Position numbers and translations under genes: made by a program. A stretch of 64,000 nucleotides of DNA from an uncultured Gammaproteobacteria bacterium (GTDB taxonomy: Bacteria > Patescibacteriota > Patescibacteriia > Magasanikbacterales > GWA2-37-8). Shown one piece after another: positions 31,786-41,451 of this stretch (position 1 is the stretch's first letter; each line of letters begins with the position of its first letter). The notes under the pieces are model-generated. The model did not search any database and had not been told where the DNA came from. It saw nothing but the letters and a program-made list of their open reading frames with translations. Location of the stretch: positions 9,444-73,443 of the forward strand of contig CAZQUL010000002.1 of the NCBI GenBank assembly GCA_964596525.1. The letters are read 5' to 3'.

Positions 31786-32721
31786 GTGCTGTTCATGCTA
31801 GAAGGACTAACGAGATTGGGCTTTAAGAAGTACGCCTTACTGCACACCATCTGGACAATCAATGTGGAAACACGCATTCTTGTCCGACAGGGCAATCCGG
31901 AGGGCAGGATATTCTTCTTCATTGCCGGATTCCTTCAGTCGATGAGCTCGTGGGAAGCCCTCATCCGCGATGTATGGGGCGAGGCGCGCGGCGATACACT
32001 TATCATCTGCGGCCGGCGGGGTGAAGGTACTGAACCGCCGCGGTATGCCAGCCTACTACCGCTCTGGTGGCAGTACCTCGAGGTGCGCACCATCGTCGAA
32101 CATCTCATCGACCAGGGAATAATTAACCGACGCACGACCATTGTCGGGCACTCGCTCGGCGCCGTATTCGGCCGCAAGCTTGTTCGCGATTTTCCGGCGG
32201 TATTTAACCATTTGGTGCAAATCGCACCAACGTCGGATGTGCGGTTTGCGCTGCTGCGCAGTGATTTATTCTGGAAAAACGGTGGTCTGGCAGCTATCCC
32301 GCACGCTATAAAAGCACTGATGCCGCCTTGGCGCGGGGGTTATTTGCCCCTACGTCTTTTGCAACAACTTTTCACCCCACGCACGATTTCTTGTGCGGAA
32401 CTCGACTTGTATGCACGCAGCACGGTGCTGGATTCGGTAGCAGTATTCGTAAGCCTTTTGTTCACGTACGCTGGCGGCGAATTGGAAAAAGCTAAAAAGC
32501 GTGGCTGGGCCGGACGCACCACGATCATAGCATGTCCAGACGATAACGTGACGCCCTTATCTTCTATACGGAGATTGGCTGGCCGCTATAGCCGAGCAGG
32601 GATCCCCACCGCGCTTTTCGAACTTGCCCCGGGAACACCGCACTGCTGGTTTACGGCGAGCGCGGTACGCGAAACCAACCGACCGCTGCTCATCGCCGCC
32701 CTGCAAGATTATATTACCTAA
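31786..32721 (+). CDS. Alpha/beta-hydrolase fold protein
   Basis: Nucleophile elbow IVGHSLGAV. RBS GGAGG. Confidence 0.65.
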   Translation: MLFMLEGLTRLGFKKYALLHTIWTINVETRILVRQGNPEGRIFFFIAGFLQSMSSWEALIRDVWGEARGDTLIICGRRGEGTEPPRYASLLPLWWQYLEVRTIVEHLIDQGIINRRTTIVGHSLGAVFGRKLVRDFPAVFNHLVQIAPTSDVRFALLRSDLFWKNGGLAAIPHAIKALMPPWRGGYLPLRLLQQLFTPRTISCAELDLYARSTVLDSVAVFVSLLFTYAGGELEKAKKRGWAGRTTIIACPDDNVTPLSSIRRLAGRYSRAGIPTALFELAPGTPHCWFTASAVRETNRPLLIAALQDYIT

Positions 32722-32832
32722 GAACTACATACCGCCTTCTCTGAAGCGCGGTTTTACATTTTAAGAATCAAAATTAAAAAACCGGGCGATGATTTTTCGC
32801 CAGGTCAATAAGGAGCGAACCAGAATTGATTA

Positions 32833-33048
32833 CTACGGGTTCGGATAGCCGCACCAGTCTCCTTCGGTTTTATTGGGATAGCACTGCGCATTCGTCACCC
32901 CGCAGCGTCGCTGGCATTCACTATCGCTCTTACACTCTTCTGATCCGCCGCAGGGGGTATAGGTTACAGCCCACACAGCACCGGCGAACAAAAGGATCGC
33001 CAGGATAATCAATACCGCAGCGCGCCGCCAAGCTCGTATCGGTCTCAT
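32833..33048 (-). CDS. Small secreted cysteine-rich peptide (71 aa, 6 Cys)
   Basis: Strong RBS GGAGGA 5 nt upstream of the ATG. Signal/TM segment AAVLIILAILLFAGAVWA. Mature region TYTPCGGSEECKSDSECQRRCGVTNAQCYPNKTEGDWCGYPNP has 6 Cys. A terminator hairpin lies downstream at about 32771-32805. Confidence 0.6.
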   Translation of the reverse strand: MRPIRAWRRAAVLIILAILLFAGAVWAVTYTPCGGSEECKSDSECQRRCGVTNAQCYPNKTEGDWCGYPNP

Positions 33049-33124
33049 GTAATCCTCCGTATGTTATGCAGCAGAAAAATCGTATCGACGCTTACCGAAT
33101 TTGTCAATAGTATGTCGGGATAAC

Positions 33125-34231
33125 TTAGTGGATAAACATGGCATCTCCAAAACTATAAAACCGGTACTCGTCTCTAACCGCCGCCTGGTAACACTCCAGC
33201 GTAAAGCGCGTATCACCTATAAAAGCAGCGACAAGCATAAGAAGCGTAGACTGCGGTAAGTGAAAATTAGTGATGAGCGCGTCAATTATACGAAACGTAA
33301 AGCCCGGCGTAATAAAGAGATTAAGATCTCCAGAAAAAGGGGCGAGTGGCCGGTTCTTGCCATTAAAGCCCTGCTCGAGAGCCAAACCTTCGAGCACGCG
33401 CACACTGGTAGTGCCGACCGCGATGACGCGACGGCCTTCGGTTTTTGCCCGGTTGATGCGCGCTGCTGCTTCCGGCGAGAGTTCCACCCATTCACTGTGC
33501 ATGGCATGATCTTCGACCCGCTCGGTTTTAACCGGCAAGAAGGTGCCCAAGCCTACATGGAGGGTTACCTCGGCAAACTCAACCCCCTTGGTTTTTATTT
33601 TTTCAATCAACTCCGGCGTGAAATGAAAACCAGCCGTTGGCGCAGCTACCGATCCTTCATGCTTGGCATAAACCGTTTGATACCGCTCCCCTATCGCCTG
33701 GCCAGCTATGGGCGCGACATAAGGCGGCAACGGCACTTCGCCGTAGCGGTTTGCTTTGGTGCGCACCTCCTCTTGGGAAGAGGGAAATTGAACAAGAAGG
33801 GTGCCGTCATTTTCTTTTACTAAAACTTCACACCAGAAATCATCGGCAAAAACCACTTTCATGCCGAGGTGCAGTTTACGACCCGGTTTGGCGAGCACTT
33901 TCCAAACACCCGGATTTTCCATTGGTCGGACGAGGAAAACTTCGATCCGACGCCGGTTATTGAGGATAACATCAGAACTCTCCTCGGGCGGTTTGACGAC
34001 CGCTTCGTTAAGCATTGGTACGCCAAAAAGACGCGCTTTGAACACCTTCGAATTATTCCAAACCAAGAGATCACCCGGCCGTAGATGATCGATGATATCA
34101 AAAAAGTGCTTATCTAGGCGCGTTTTGGCGCGACGATCTACTACCATAAGCCGGGAATGATCGCGCGGCTCACAGGGCGTCTGAGCAATGCGTTCTTGGG
34201 GAAGATGATAATCAAAATCCGAGGTGAGCAT
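33125..34231 (-). CDS. queA: S-adenosylmethionine:tRNA ribosyltransferase-isomerase
   Basis: Conserved FDYHLPQERIAQTP N-terminus and overall QueA sequence. Confidence 0.9.
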   Translation of the reverse strand: MLTSDFDYHLPQERIAQTPCEPRDHSRLMVVDRRAKTRLDKHFFDIIDHLRPGDLLVWNNSKVFKARLFGVPMLNEAVVKPPEESSDVILNNRRRIEVFLVRPMENPGVWKVLAKPGRKLHLGMKVVFADDFWCEVLVKENDGTLLVQFPSSQEEVRTKANRYGEVPLPPYVAPIAGQAIGERYQTVYAKHEGSVAAPTAGFHFTPELIEKIKTKGVEFAEVTLHVGLGTFLPVKTERVEDHAMHSEWVELSPEAAARINRAKTEGRRVIAVGTTSVRVLEGLALEQGFNGKNRPLAPFSGDLNLFITPGFTFRIIDALITNFHLPQSTLLMLVAAFIGDTRFTLECYQAAVRDEYRFYSFGDAMFIH

Positions 34232-34237
34232 AGAGAA

Positions 34238-35107
34238 TTATCGCAAATATCTATTTACTTTTGCCAGATGCTCATCGTATGTACGCGAGTAATGCACTGT
34301 TCCTTCACGGTCGGTTAAGAAATAAAAATAGTCGTTGGGTGTCGGATAGATTGCCGCTTCGATACTCGCGAGTGTGGGGTTGCCGATGGGTCCAAGCGGC
34401 AGACCAGAGTTTTTGTAGGTGTTCCAAGGCGAGTCCATGTCACGCTCCTGTTCGGTGGTAAACACATCGCCTGTGCGCGCACTCACGTAGTGTACGGTAG
34501 AATCGGCCTGAAGCCGCATGCCGCGCTTCTCACGGCGCCAAAAAATATCAGCCACCATCTTGCGATCGGTCGCTGTGCGAACCTCATCTTCAAGAACGCT
34601 CGCCATGGTAAGAATCTCAAAAAACGTTTTTCCCTGGGCATCGATTTCCTTAAGCCACTCCCCTGGTAAGCGCTGTTTAAAAACGCCAAAAATCTTTTTC
34701 AAAACTTCATCCGGTTTGGCATCAGCATACACGCGATACGTTTCGGGAAAGAGATATCCTTCATAAGAAATTGTCGCGGGCTTGCTAGCAAACAACGCAT
34801 CGTACTCGGTCGACGTGACGATGCGGCGGACCGGTTCGGCTTCGCCGCGGGTGCGGTAATCGGTTGCTGGCGCGCCGGTGTAATAGAATAGCTCATCTGG
34901 TGTGGTGAGCAGCCCCTTTTTTACCCAATCGTCGGCAATTTGGCGCAGATTCCAACCCGGAATAATGGTTATATTAATTTCTTGCCGCGGCACGGGGACG
35001 GGCGGAGCGGGTGGACGGCGATGGTCTAAGTAGAACCGGCCGCCGACAATAGCAAGGACCACGATAATTATGATGGAAATACCGTTGAGTATGGTTTTAA
35101 GCGACAC
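34238..35107 (-). CDS. mltG: Endolytic murein transglycosylase MltG (YceG-like)
   Basis: N-terminal TM anchor and the YceG catalytic region (YLFPETY, conserved E). Confidence 0.85.
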   Translation of the reverse strand: MSLKTILNGISIIIIVVLAIVGGRFYLDHRRPPAPPVPVPRQEINITIIPGWNLRQIADDWVKKGLLTTPDELFYYTGAPATDYRTRGEAEPVRRIVTSTEYDALFASKPATISYEGYLFPETYRVYADAKPDEVLKKIFGVFKQRLPGEWLKEIDAQGKTFFEILTMASVLEDEVRTATDRKMVADIFWRREKRGMRLQADSTVHYVSARTGDVFTTEQERDMDSPWNTYKNSGLPLGPIGNPTLASIEAAIYPTPNDYFYFLTDREGTVHYSRTYDEHLAKVNRYLR

Positions 35108-35124
35108 ATGCCAAGGAACAAGAA

Positions 35125-35814
35125 TTAAACACTACCCCACTTCTCGCGCGCCCACGTTAAGCGCTCGGGCACGCCAATGTCGATCCAGGGATGGTGGGAT
35201 TCAAAGACATCCACATTCTGCATCCGCGGAAAAACGTCATACTCCATGCTGAAGGCGGCGTGAGACGGAAAATGCTGCAGTGCTGCCGGGGTAAGAATAT
35301 AGAGCCCGCCATTGATGTAGCCGGGGTTAGCACGACCATCGCGCTTCTTGAATTCTCGCAAACGACCGTCTACATCGTACGCCAGGGTTTCGTACGTTCC
35401 CGCGTCATCGACGCGTGCACCGAGAATGATACCTTCGGAGTCAGAACGGAGCCGGTCGCGCATGGCCGTAATATCCACGGTCGTCAGAATATCGCCGTTC
35501 CAAACAATACTCGGCGCAGCGGTATTTTTAAGATGCTGCCACGCAAATTTAATGGCGCCGCCAGTACCGAGCTTTTCGGGTTCAACCGCATACACGAGCC
35601 GCACTCCTTGGCGTTCATCTCCGGCCATACTTTTGAGCACTTCAGCCAAATGACCAGCCGCAAGCACAACTTCGGCAACACCCGCGGCTTTGAGTTTTTC
35701 AAGCTGCCAATCCAGGACGGTTTTCCCCTTCACCTCAAGCAAGACTTTGGGTACCGCTTTGGTTATCTCGCCCAAGCGGGTAGAAAGCCCTCCGCAGAGA
35801 ATAATGGCGTTCAT
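35125..35814 (-). CDS. Sugar-phosphate nucleotidyltransferase
   Basis: N-terminal ILCGGLSTRLG nucleotidyltransferase signature. Confidence 0.75.
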   Translation of the reverse strand: MNAIILCGGLSTRLGEITKAVPKVLLEVKGKTVLDWQLEKLKAAGVAEVVLAAGHLAEVLKSMAGDERQGVRLVYAVEPEKLGTGGAIKFAWQHLKNTAAPSIVWNGDILTTVDITAMRDRLRSDSEGIILGARVDDAGTYETLAYDVDGRLREFKKRDGRANPGYINGGLYILTPAALQHFPSHAAFSMEYDVFPRMQNVDVFESHHPWIDIGVPERLTWAREKWGSV

Positions 35815-35830
35815 ACCTACAAAGTATTAA

Positions 35831-36400
35831 TTACACTTTAGGACGGGCTGTTAAGTAATGCCAGGCCCGCCATGCTCCAGCCTCTTCAAAGGTGCCGCCG
35901 ATCTGACCTTTCTGCAAGGCGCACTCAAAATCGGCAAAGGCCATACGACACACCTCAATGTCTTCTGCGTCTTCGAGCTTTTGGTCTGTTGCCAGATAAG
36001 CACCGGTGGCAACAAAGTAATGCACGCGGCCGGTAGAATATTTGCCTTTAACACTCACACCTAACGCGGTGAGCTGTGAGGCTGCATAGCCTGTCTCTTC
36101 GAGGAGCTCTCGTTCCGCCGCTTGCATCGGGTCTTCGTGAGCGTCGAGCATACCGGCGACCGTAGTAAGCACATGCATTTCGCAAGCAAAAAAATATTGC
36201 TTGATGAGGATGATATCCCCTTCTGATGTCTCGGCGATGACAATCACCACATCCCCGCCCGGGCTAACTGTGATGGTTTTAGCAACCCCTTGCGGCGTTA
36301 TAAAATCCCACTCTTCAACAGAGCGCCAGGGATGCTTGAACACGGTGCGTTTAGCTTGGCATGCCCATGCCGAAGATGGAATGTTCATACGAAAGGCCAC
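35831..36400 (-). CDS. NUDIX hydrolase
   Basis: Nudix box AAERELLEETGY. Confidence 0.7.
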   Translation of the reverse strand: MAFRMNIPSSAWACQAKRTVFKHPWRSVEEWDFITPQGVAKTITVSPGGDVVIVIAETSEGDIILIKQYFFACEMHVLTTVAGMLDAHEDPMQAAERELLEETGYAASQLTALGVSVKGKYSTGRVHYFVATGAYLATDQKLEDAEDIEVCRMAFADFECALQKGQIGGTFEEAGAWRAWHYLTARPKV

Positions 36401-36948
36401 AAGCGCATAACGAGCACCTCAGCTGGCCACACCATGGTAAGCCCGCTCCACATAACGAGAAGCAGCGCAAGCACTATGCCGCCAAGCACATCATGCAGAT
36501 AATGTACACCGACCACGACGCGCCCCAAAGCTACGAGTATTGCCATCACCGCAAACACTCCCACCCAAGGAAGCGAAAAACACACCGCGCAAAACAAGAC
36601 CAGAAATGCACCAAACGCATGATTTGAAGGAAACGACTTGTGCGTCATGAGCGGAATAAAGAGCGGCTTAATCTGCGGTACAGCAAGGTAAGGGCGGGGT
36701 TCTTTGAGAGTACGAGCGATCAGCATGCTGGCCGCGAGCCCAACGGTGAGGAGCAACCCCACTGTAGTGATAACAGCACCGTAGCGCGGCAAGCTGTCGC
36801 CGTAGCGTACATAGGCCGCCACCGCAAACCAGGCCAGCATGGTCGGGAGCACAAACTCGGCCGCCACGCGCGCAAGAGCATCGAACCACGGATTGCGATG
36901 CGTTAAACCATTAAGCAGCACGGTCAGTTCACGGGAAAACGCTCCCAT
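36385..36948 (-). CDS. PAP2-family phosphatase (undecaprenyl-diphosphatase-like)
   Basis: PAP2 motifs KSFPSNHA and GVHYLHDVLGG in a polytopic membrane protein. Confidence 0.75.
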   Translation of the reverse strand: MGAFSRELTVLLNGLTHRNPWFDALARVAAEFVLPTMLAWFAVAAYVRYGDSLPRYGAVITTVGLLLTVGLAASMLIARTLKEPRPYLAVPQIKPLFIPLMTHKSFPSNHAFGAFLVLFCAVCFSLPWVGVFAVMAILVALGRVVVGVHYLHDVLGGIVLALLLVMWSGLTMVWPAEVLVMRLWPFV

Positions 36949-37023
36949 ACAGAGGATTGTTCTTAAGGATAAGGTAAAATCATACTAACATGAGATAGAA
37001 CGGAGAACAACCTACACGAGAGC

Positions 37024-37051
37024 TTGAAAAAGCGCTCACATATGCTATAGT
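37024..37051 (+). promoter_or_regulatory. Sigma70-like promoter for the tRNA locus (TTGAAA-16-TATAGT)
   Basis: Hexamers about 12 bp upstream of the tRNA-like 5' fragment. Confidence 0.4.
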
Positions 37052-37063
37052 TGCCCCATTCCA

Positions 37064-37084
37064 GCGCGTATAGCTCAGGGGTTA
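37064..37084 (+). repeat. 21-nt direct repeat of the tRNA 5' end (acceptor and D arm), followed by a GC-rich hairpin
   Basis: gcgcgtatagctcaggggtta is identical to nt 1-21 of the tRNA at 37172. It lacks the anticodon and T arms. It is followed by the hairpin cccgtccgcc...ggcgggcggg. Confidence 0.4.
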
Positions 37085-37171
37085 CCCGTCCGCCTCGCCT
37101 GGCTCGGCTGGCGGGCGGGGGGTGCCATCCTTAAAAGTTGCGAGTAAGGGAAAAGATCACACGTACTTTTT

Positions 37172-37245
37172 GCGCGTATAGCTCAGGGGTTAGAGCGCCA
37201 CCCTTATAAGGTGGATGTCGATGGTTCAATTCCATCTACGCGCAC
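37172..37245 (+). tRNA. tRNA-Ile, anticodon TAT (UAU)
   Basis: Folds as a cloverleaf. Acceptor GCGCGTA/TACGCGC, D arm GCTC-AGGGGTTA-GAGC, anticodon stem CCACC/GGTGG with loop CTTATAA, T arm GATGG-TTCAATT-CCATC. No encoded CCA. The body closely resembles bacterial tRNA-Ile. Confidence 0.75.
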
Positions 37246-37360
37246 GCATTTTTCTTCTCAGTTGACAGAAAATCTACCAGTTGGTAGGGTGACTGGTCCG
37301 AGCCCTGCTCGGCATGATCTTTTCAGCATTCTTTAGCAACAAATAGAGGATGGTGATGCC

Positions 37361-38764
37361 ATGTCTGACCATCGGCCTTTTGACCCGCTGGCCTACGATT
37401 ACACACCAGAAGCGCAGGAAGTCCTTATCGAGCGTATCGAAACGAGTAATCCGATTCTTGGTGAACGACTCCGAAAATCGCGGGTCGGTGGTGGTAAGGC
37501 GTTTGGTTTAACGCTGTGCGAAGACATCGCACGACGCATCAAAGCAGATCAACGATTCAGCGTAGAACTAGACGTTCCGCGTTGGGAAATGTTTGAACCT
37601 GGAGCGCTGGCTACCCCCCACGAAGAGTCTGCTAAAAGGAGTTGGTTAGAGCGGCTTTTGGGGCGGACATCTCCCCAACCAAAAATCTCTACCAAGCGCC
37701 GTGTGGCCAGCTGGGGGATTTTTTCCCCCATCCTGCGCAGTTCGGCGCCGGACGAAGACTGGCTAAACGGTGAAAGCGGAGTCGCAGAAAGCTACCCACC
37801 AAACTGCTTTTACACCTGGCAGGAGACGGTCGAAAAATTTACCAGCACCTACCCTGGTCAACCGTTCGTGGTGCAGCGTTATCACGAAGGCGTCGGCATC
37901 GTCGTGGATATCGCTTGGAGCCGTCTTCTCAAGCGGGTTATTGCGCGTGTGGCTTGGGGTCGACAAGGGTTCTATGCCGGACAAATCACCTTCAGCTCCG
38001 CCACCTGGGACAGCCAAGGTCCGCAAGGAATTTTCTGCCCTCTGAGCGGTAAAGAAATCTGCCCCCTGCAGAGCTCGTTACCCCTATGTACCGAGCCGCA
38101 CTCAAGCGCCCAGCTGGCACAAGCCCTGTACCAAGCTGTTCTCGACATGAATATCCGGATCGGACTTCAGTTCGAATTGGTGGCCGACCACCGCTCGAGA
38201 TATTTCCATCTGGTACAGGTGCGCCCAAGTCCACTTCGGGTTCGCCCACCCGAGGGATATGTCGATACGATACCGACTCAGCCACCCTTGCTTATCTCAC
38301 CCAGCGTTAGTCGCGCTTTCTCTGTGGAAGCTCCGGCGATGATTGCTCGGATGAGAAGCGGCAATCACGGGCAAGAGAACCTCAGAACCCTGGCAAATGC
38401 TCAAGGAAGAGCGGTCGAAGACGTAGTAAAAAACCGGATCGTGGTGTGGGACGATCATTTCAACAAACACTGCGCCGAAGACGACCTGGGGTATACTGAA
38501 GCGCACGGTGCCGTGGGTCAAATCGCGATAAGCATTATCAACTCCACCTCGCACGGTAATCCCTCTCGGGATTACCCTAAACAACACGAGCAGCGTAAGA
38601 AGCTTTATCAGACTCTCTGCGCCATCGGTACGAACCTGCAACGGATTAGGCTCCCCTCTTCAAAAATGGAAGCGCACCACGATATTGTGGAGCGTATTGC
38701 CGCGCACCCCGGTTCAGTCCTTATCATCTCCGACGGCCTTGTCGGAGCAATCTATCTCACATAA
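37361..38764 (+). CDS. Hypothetical protein (467 aa)
   Basis: Long ORF immediately downstream of the tRNA locus. No recognised motifs. Confidence 0.5.
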   Translation: MSDHRPFDPLAYDYTPEAQEVLIERIETSNPILGERLRKSRVGGGKAFGLTLCEDIARRIKADQRFSVELDVPRWEMFEPGALATPHEESAKRSWLERLLGRTSPQPKISTKRRVASWGIFSPILRSSAPDEDWLNGESGVAESYPPNCFYTWQETVEKFTSTYPGQPFVVQRYHEGVGIVVDIAWSRLLKRVIARVAWGRQGFYAGQITFSSATWDSQGPQGIFCPLSGKEICPLQSSLPLCTEPHSSAQLAQALYQAVLDMNIRIGLQFELVADHRSRYFHLVQVRPSPLRVRPPEGYVDTIPTQPPLLISPSVSRAFSVEAPAMIARMRSGNHGQENLRTLANAQGRAVEDVVKNRIVVWDDHFNKHCAEDDLGYTEAHGAVGQIAISIINSTSHGNPSRDYPKQHEQRKKLYQTLCAIGTNLQRIRLPSSKMEAHHDIVERIAAHPGSVLIISDGLVGAIYLT

Positions 38765-38852
38765 TTAAGCCGCCGTTTTAGGCGGCTGTTTATATCCTTG
38801 AAAAGAGCAGTTTTTATGCTATAGTTATAGAATTCAGGAATTAACATCTTGT

Positions 38853-39818
38853 ATGTCTGCTTCCACCTTTACCATTTCCGACGAAACAGCCGGACAACGC
38901 CTCGACGTTGCACTCGTCAGTCTCCTTGGCATTACCCGCTCGCAAGTCCAACATCTCATCGACACCGACCGCGTAACGGTCAATGACAAACTGCCTAAAA
39001 AAGCCGGTGATCGAGTCGCGGCCGGTGATGTAGTGGTTATCAACGATAAAATATCCACTGCCAATCACGGTATTACAACAACATCATCCAGCGCGACAGC
39101 TGCCGTACTCACACCACGCATTATTGCCGCAACACCCGATTTTATCGTAGTCGAAAAACCTTCCGGCATGCTCACCCACCCCACTCCAGCCAACGAAACC
39201 GACACGCTCGCACATTTTATCACCGCGCAGTTTCCTGAAGTGCAGGCCGTCGGTGAGGCGCCGGAGCGACCAGGTATCGTCCATCGTTTGGACAAAGAAG
39301 CTTCCGGCCTGTTGGTGGTCGCTCGCACACCAGCAATGTTTGAACACCTCAAAAAACAGTTCCAGGAGCGCAGTGTGCACAAAGAGTATACGGTTCTTGT
39401 CCATGACCCGATGCCCCGCGTTGAGGGCACCATCGATTTTCCCATCGAACGCTCCGAAAATGCCGAACGTATGGCCGCTCTTCCTAAAACGGAGAAAGGT
39501 CTAGCCACCGACAAAGGCAAAGAAGCCCTCACTGAATTCGTGGTCATCAAAAACTACGTCAACTTCAGTCTTCTTGAAGTGAAAATCCACACCGGCCGTA
39601 TGCACCAGATCCGTGCGCATCTTTTGGCCTACAATCATCCGGTCGTGGGCGACCCGCTGTATGTGCAAAAAAAACGCGCCCGCACGTGGGATGAACGCTG
39701 CGGACGGTTATTCTTGCACTGCTGCAAGCTCGGCTTTACCGATCTCAGTGGTTTGCCGCAGGAGTTTGAGAGCCCGCTCCCCAAAGAATTGGAATTTTTC
39801 TTAGGGCAGATCAGGTAA
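38853..39818 (+). CDS. RluA-family 23S rRNA pseudouridine synthase (RluD-like, with S4 domain)
   Basis: N-terminal S4-like region (QRLDVALVSLLGITRSQVQHLI). Catalytic motif HRLDKEASGLLVVA. Confidence 0.85.
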   Translation: MSASTFTISDETAGQRLDVALVSLLGITRSQVQHLIDTDRVTVNDKLPKKAGDRVAAGDVVVINDKISTANHGITTTSSSATAAVLTPRIIAATPDFIVVEKPSGMLTHPTPANETDTLAHFITAQFPEVQAVGEAPERPGIVHRLDKEASGLLVVARTPAMFEHLKKQFQERSVHKEYTVLVHDPMPRVEGTIDFPIERSENAERMAALPKTEKGLATDKGKEALTEFVVIKNYVNFSLLEVKIHTGRMHQIRAHLLAYNHPVVGDPLYVQKKRARTWDERCGRLFLHCCKLGFTDLSGLPQEFESPLPKELEFFLGQIR

Positions 39819-39922
39819 CGATACTTTATAAAAAACCGAACACTACAAAACAATCCATGGAAATTTCGGGAATTAAAGACACCGTCCTGCATACGCGGGA
39901 CGGTGTTGTGTTTTTCTCTTTC

Positions 39923-41296
39923 TCAGGCCGCTACGGCGTCCTGGGCAGCAGGTTCAATGCCGTGGTGGAACGGCCGGTAGTGCTTGCGGCGCACGAGAGC
40001 GAGCACCATACCGACGATAATAATGCCGAGGCTCAGACCAAGCTGGCTCAAGGATACCGAGGTAAACGGCACCTCCATCGTTTCACTCCGATTGGCGTGG
40101 ATCGTGTAACCGATGAGACCAAGCGGCGGAATCATGATGAGGATGGCGCTTGCGAGGCCGCCCGGAACCCGGAACGGCCACTGCAACTCGCGCTCACGTA
40201 TGAGGAGCACGATGTGCGCCAGGAACAGAAGCTCTATCGCGAGGCCGTAAAAGGTTACGTCGATCGTGATGAGCTTTTTGAGGCCGAAACCGAGCGAGAA
40301 CGTCCAGAGAATGCCGCACACGACGAGTGCCCGGCGCGGAACGTTGGTCTTGGGGTCGATCTTGGTGAGCCAGTCTTTGCCGGGCAGCCAGCCGTCGCGC
40401 GCCATAGTAACGAAGAGGCGCACGTAGGTAGCAACCAAGGCTTCATACATGCCAAACGCGCTCACCATGGCCGCGAACAAGATCCACCACTCCAGGTATT
40501 CCCCACCGTACGCGCGCGCCACCGTAGCCCAGTGCCCCGGATCCCACTCCGTGTGCGGCCGGCCAGTAAGAGCCATAGCCGCGACGGGAATGACGTAGGT
40601 AAAGACCACGAGCGCGAGCGTAAAGATGAGCGCGAGCGGATACGTCCGCTGAGGGCGCTGCACTTCTCCAGCCAGAGACGCAGCATTCTCCCACCCCATG
40701 TAGTTCCACATGGCATAGGCAATGCCCGTCACCGCATCATCCGTCGTAAGATGAACCGGAGGCGGCGCCGCAGTAACGGCACCGTTGGCGCACACGAGGA
40801 TGACAAAGTACACGAACGGCGCAAGCAAGAGAGCGGTGAAGAATACAGCCAGCTTGCCAAGCTTCTTGACGCCCAAGAAGTTCAGCAAGACTCCCGACAC
40901 TACCACGCCGGACGCGATAATAATGGGCCAACTCCCCCGCTCTGTCGCCGGAAAAAGCTTGCCGGCATACTTAGCGAAGAGTGTAGGATAGATTCCCATA
41001 TCAAACACGCTTGCAACAAGTGCAAACCATGTTTGCTGAAAGCCCCAAAAAGGACCAAGGGCACGCCTCGTCCATACGTACGGACCACCGTTCGCCGGAA
41101 GCGCGGTCGCGAGAACGGAAATGAGCAGGCAGATCGGCAGACTCCACAGGAGCGGAGTCACAAGCAGCACGATGACGGCCGTGGAGTACCCACAGCTCTT
41201 GATAATCTCCTCTAGCCCGTGCGGGCCGCCAGAGACCACGAGATACGTTGCCGCTGAAAGTCCGGCGAACCCGAGCATCGCCCGTGTATCATGCAT
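39923..41296 (-). CDS. APC-family amino acid permease
   Basis: Polytopic membrane protein of roughly 12 TM helices, with APC-like motifs (GGPYVW, WNYMGWENA). Confidence 0.8.
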   Translation of the reverse strand: MHDTRAMLGFAGLSAATYLVVSGGPHGLEEIIKSCGYSTAVIVLLVTPLLWSLPICLLISVLATALPANGGPYVWTRRALGPFWGFQQTWFALVASVFDMGIYPTLFAKYAGKLFPATERGSWPIIIASGVVVSGVLLNFLGVKKLGKLAVFFTALLLAPFVYFVILVCANGAVTAAPPPVHLTTDDAVTGIAYAMWNYMGWENAASLAGEVQRPQRTYPLALIFTLALVVFTYVIPVAAMALTGRPHTEWDPGHWATVARAYGGEYLEWWILFAAMVSAFGMYEALVATYVRLFVTMARDGWLPGKDWLTKIDPKTNVPRRALVVCGILWTFSLGFGLKKLITIDVTFYGLAIELLFLAHIVLLIRERELQWPFRVPGGLASAILIMIPPLGLIGYTIHANRSETMEVPFTSVSLSQLGLSLGIIIVGMVLALVRRKHYRPFHHGIEPAAQDAVAA

Positions 41297-41451
41297 TTCA
41301 CGTACCTTTCTGACGCCAATCGTCCGTGAGCGAGGGTTTGAATTGCCAAAGAACGTTCGTAAAAAACTGACTTCGCAGGGTAATAAAAATATGATAAAGT
41401 GTCAATGGTAAAAGTGCATAAATCCAGTAATTTTTCTCATCAAACTCATCT

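Noticed and set aside
37064-37140. Possible second tRNA gene upstream of tRNA-Ile
   Set aside because: Only the first 21 nt match a tRNA. No anticodon arm or T-arm can be formed. Treated as a partial duplication instead.
37141-37160. Third copy of the palindromic repeat (shares gttgcgag)
   Set aside because: Only an 8-nt match. The conserved 29-nt arm is absent.
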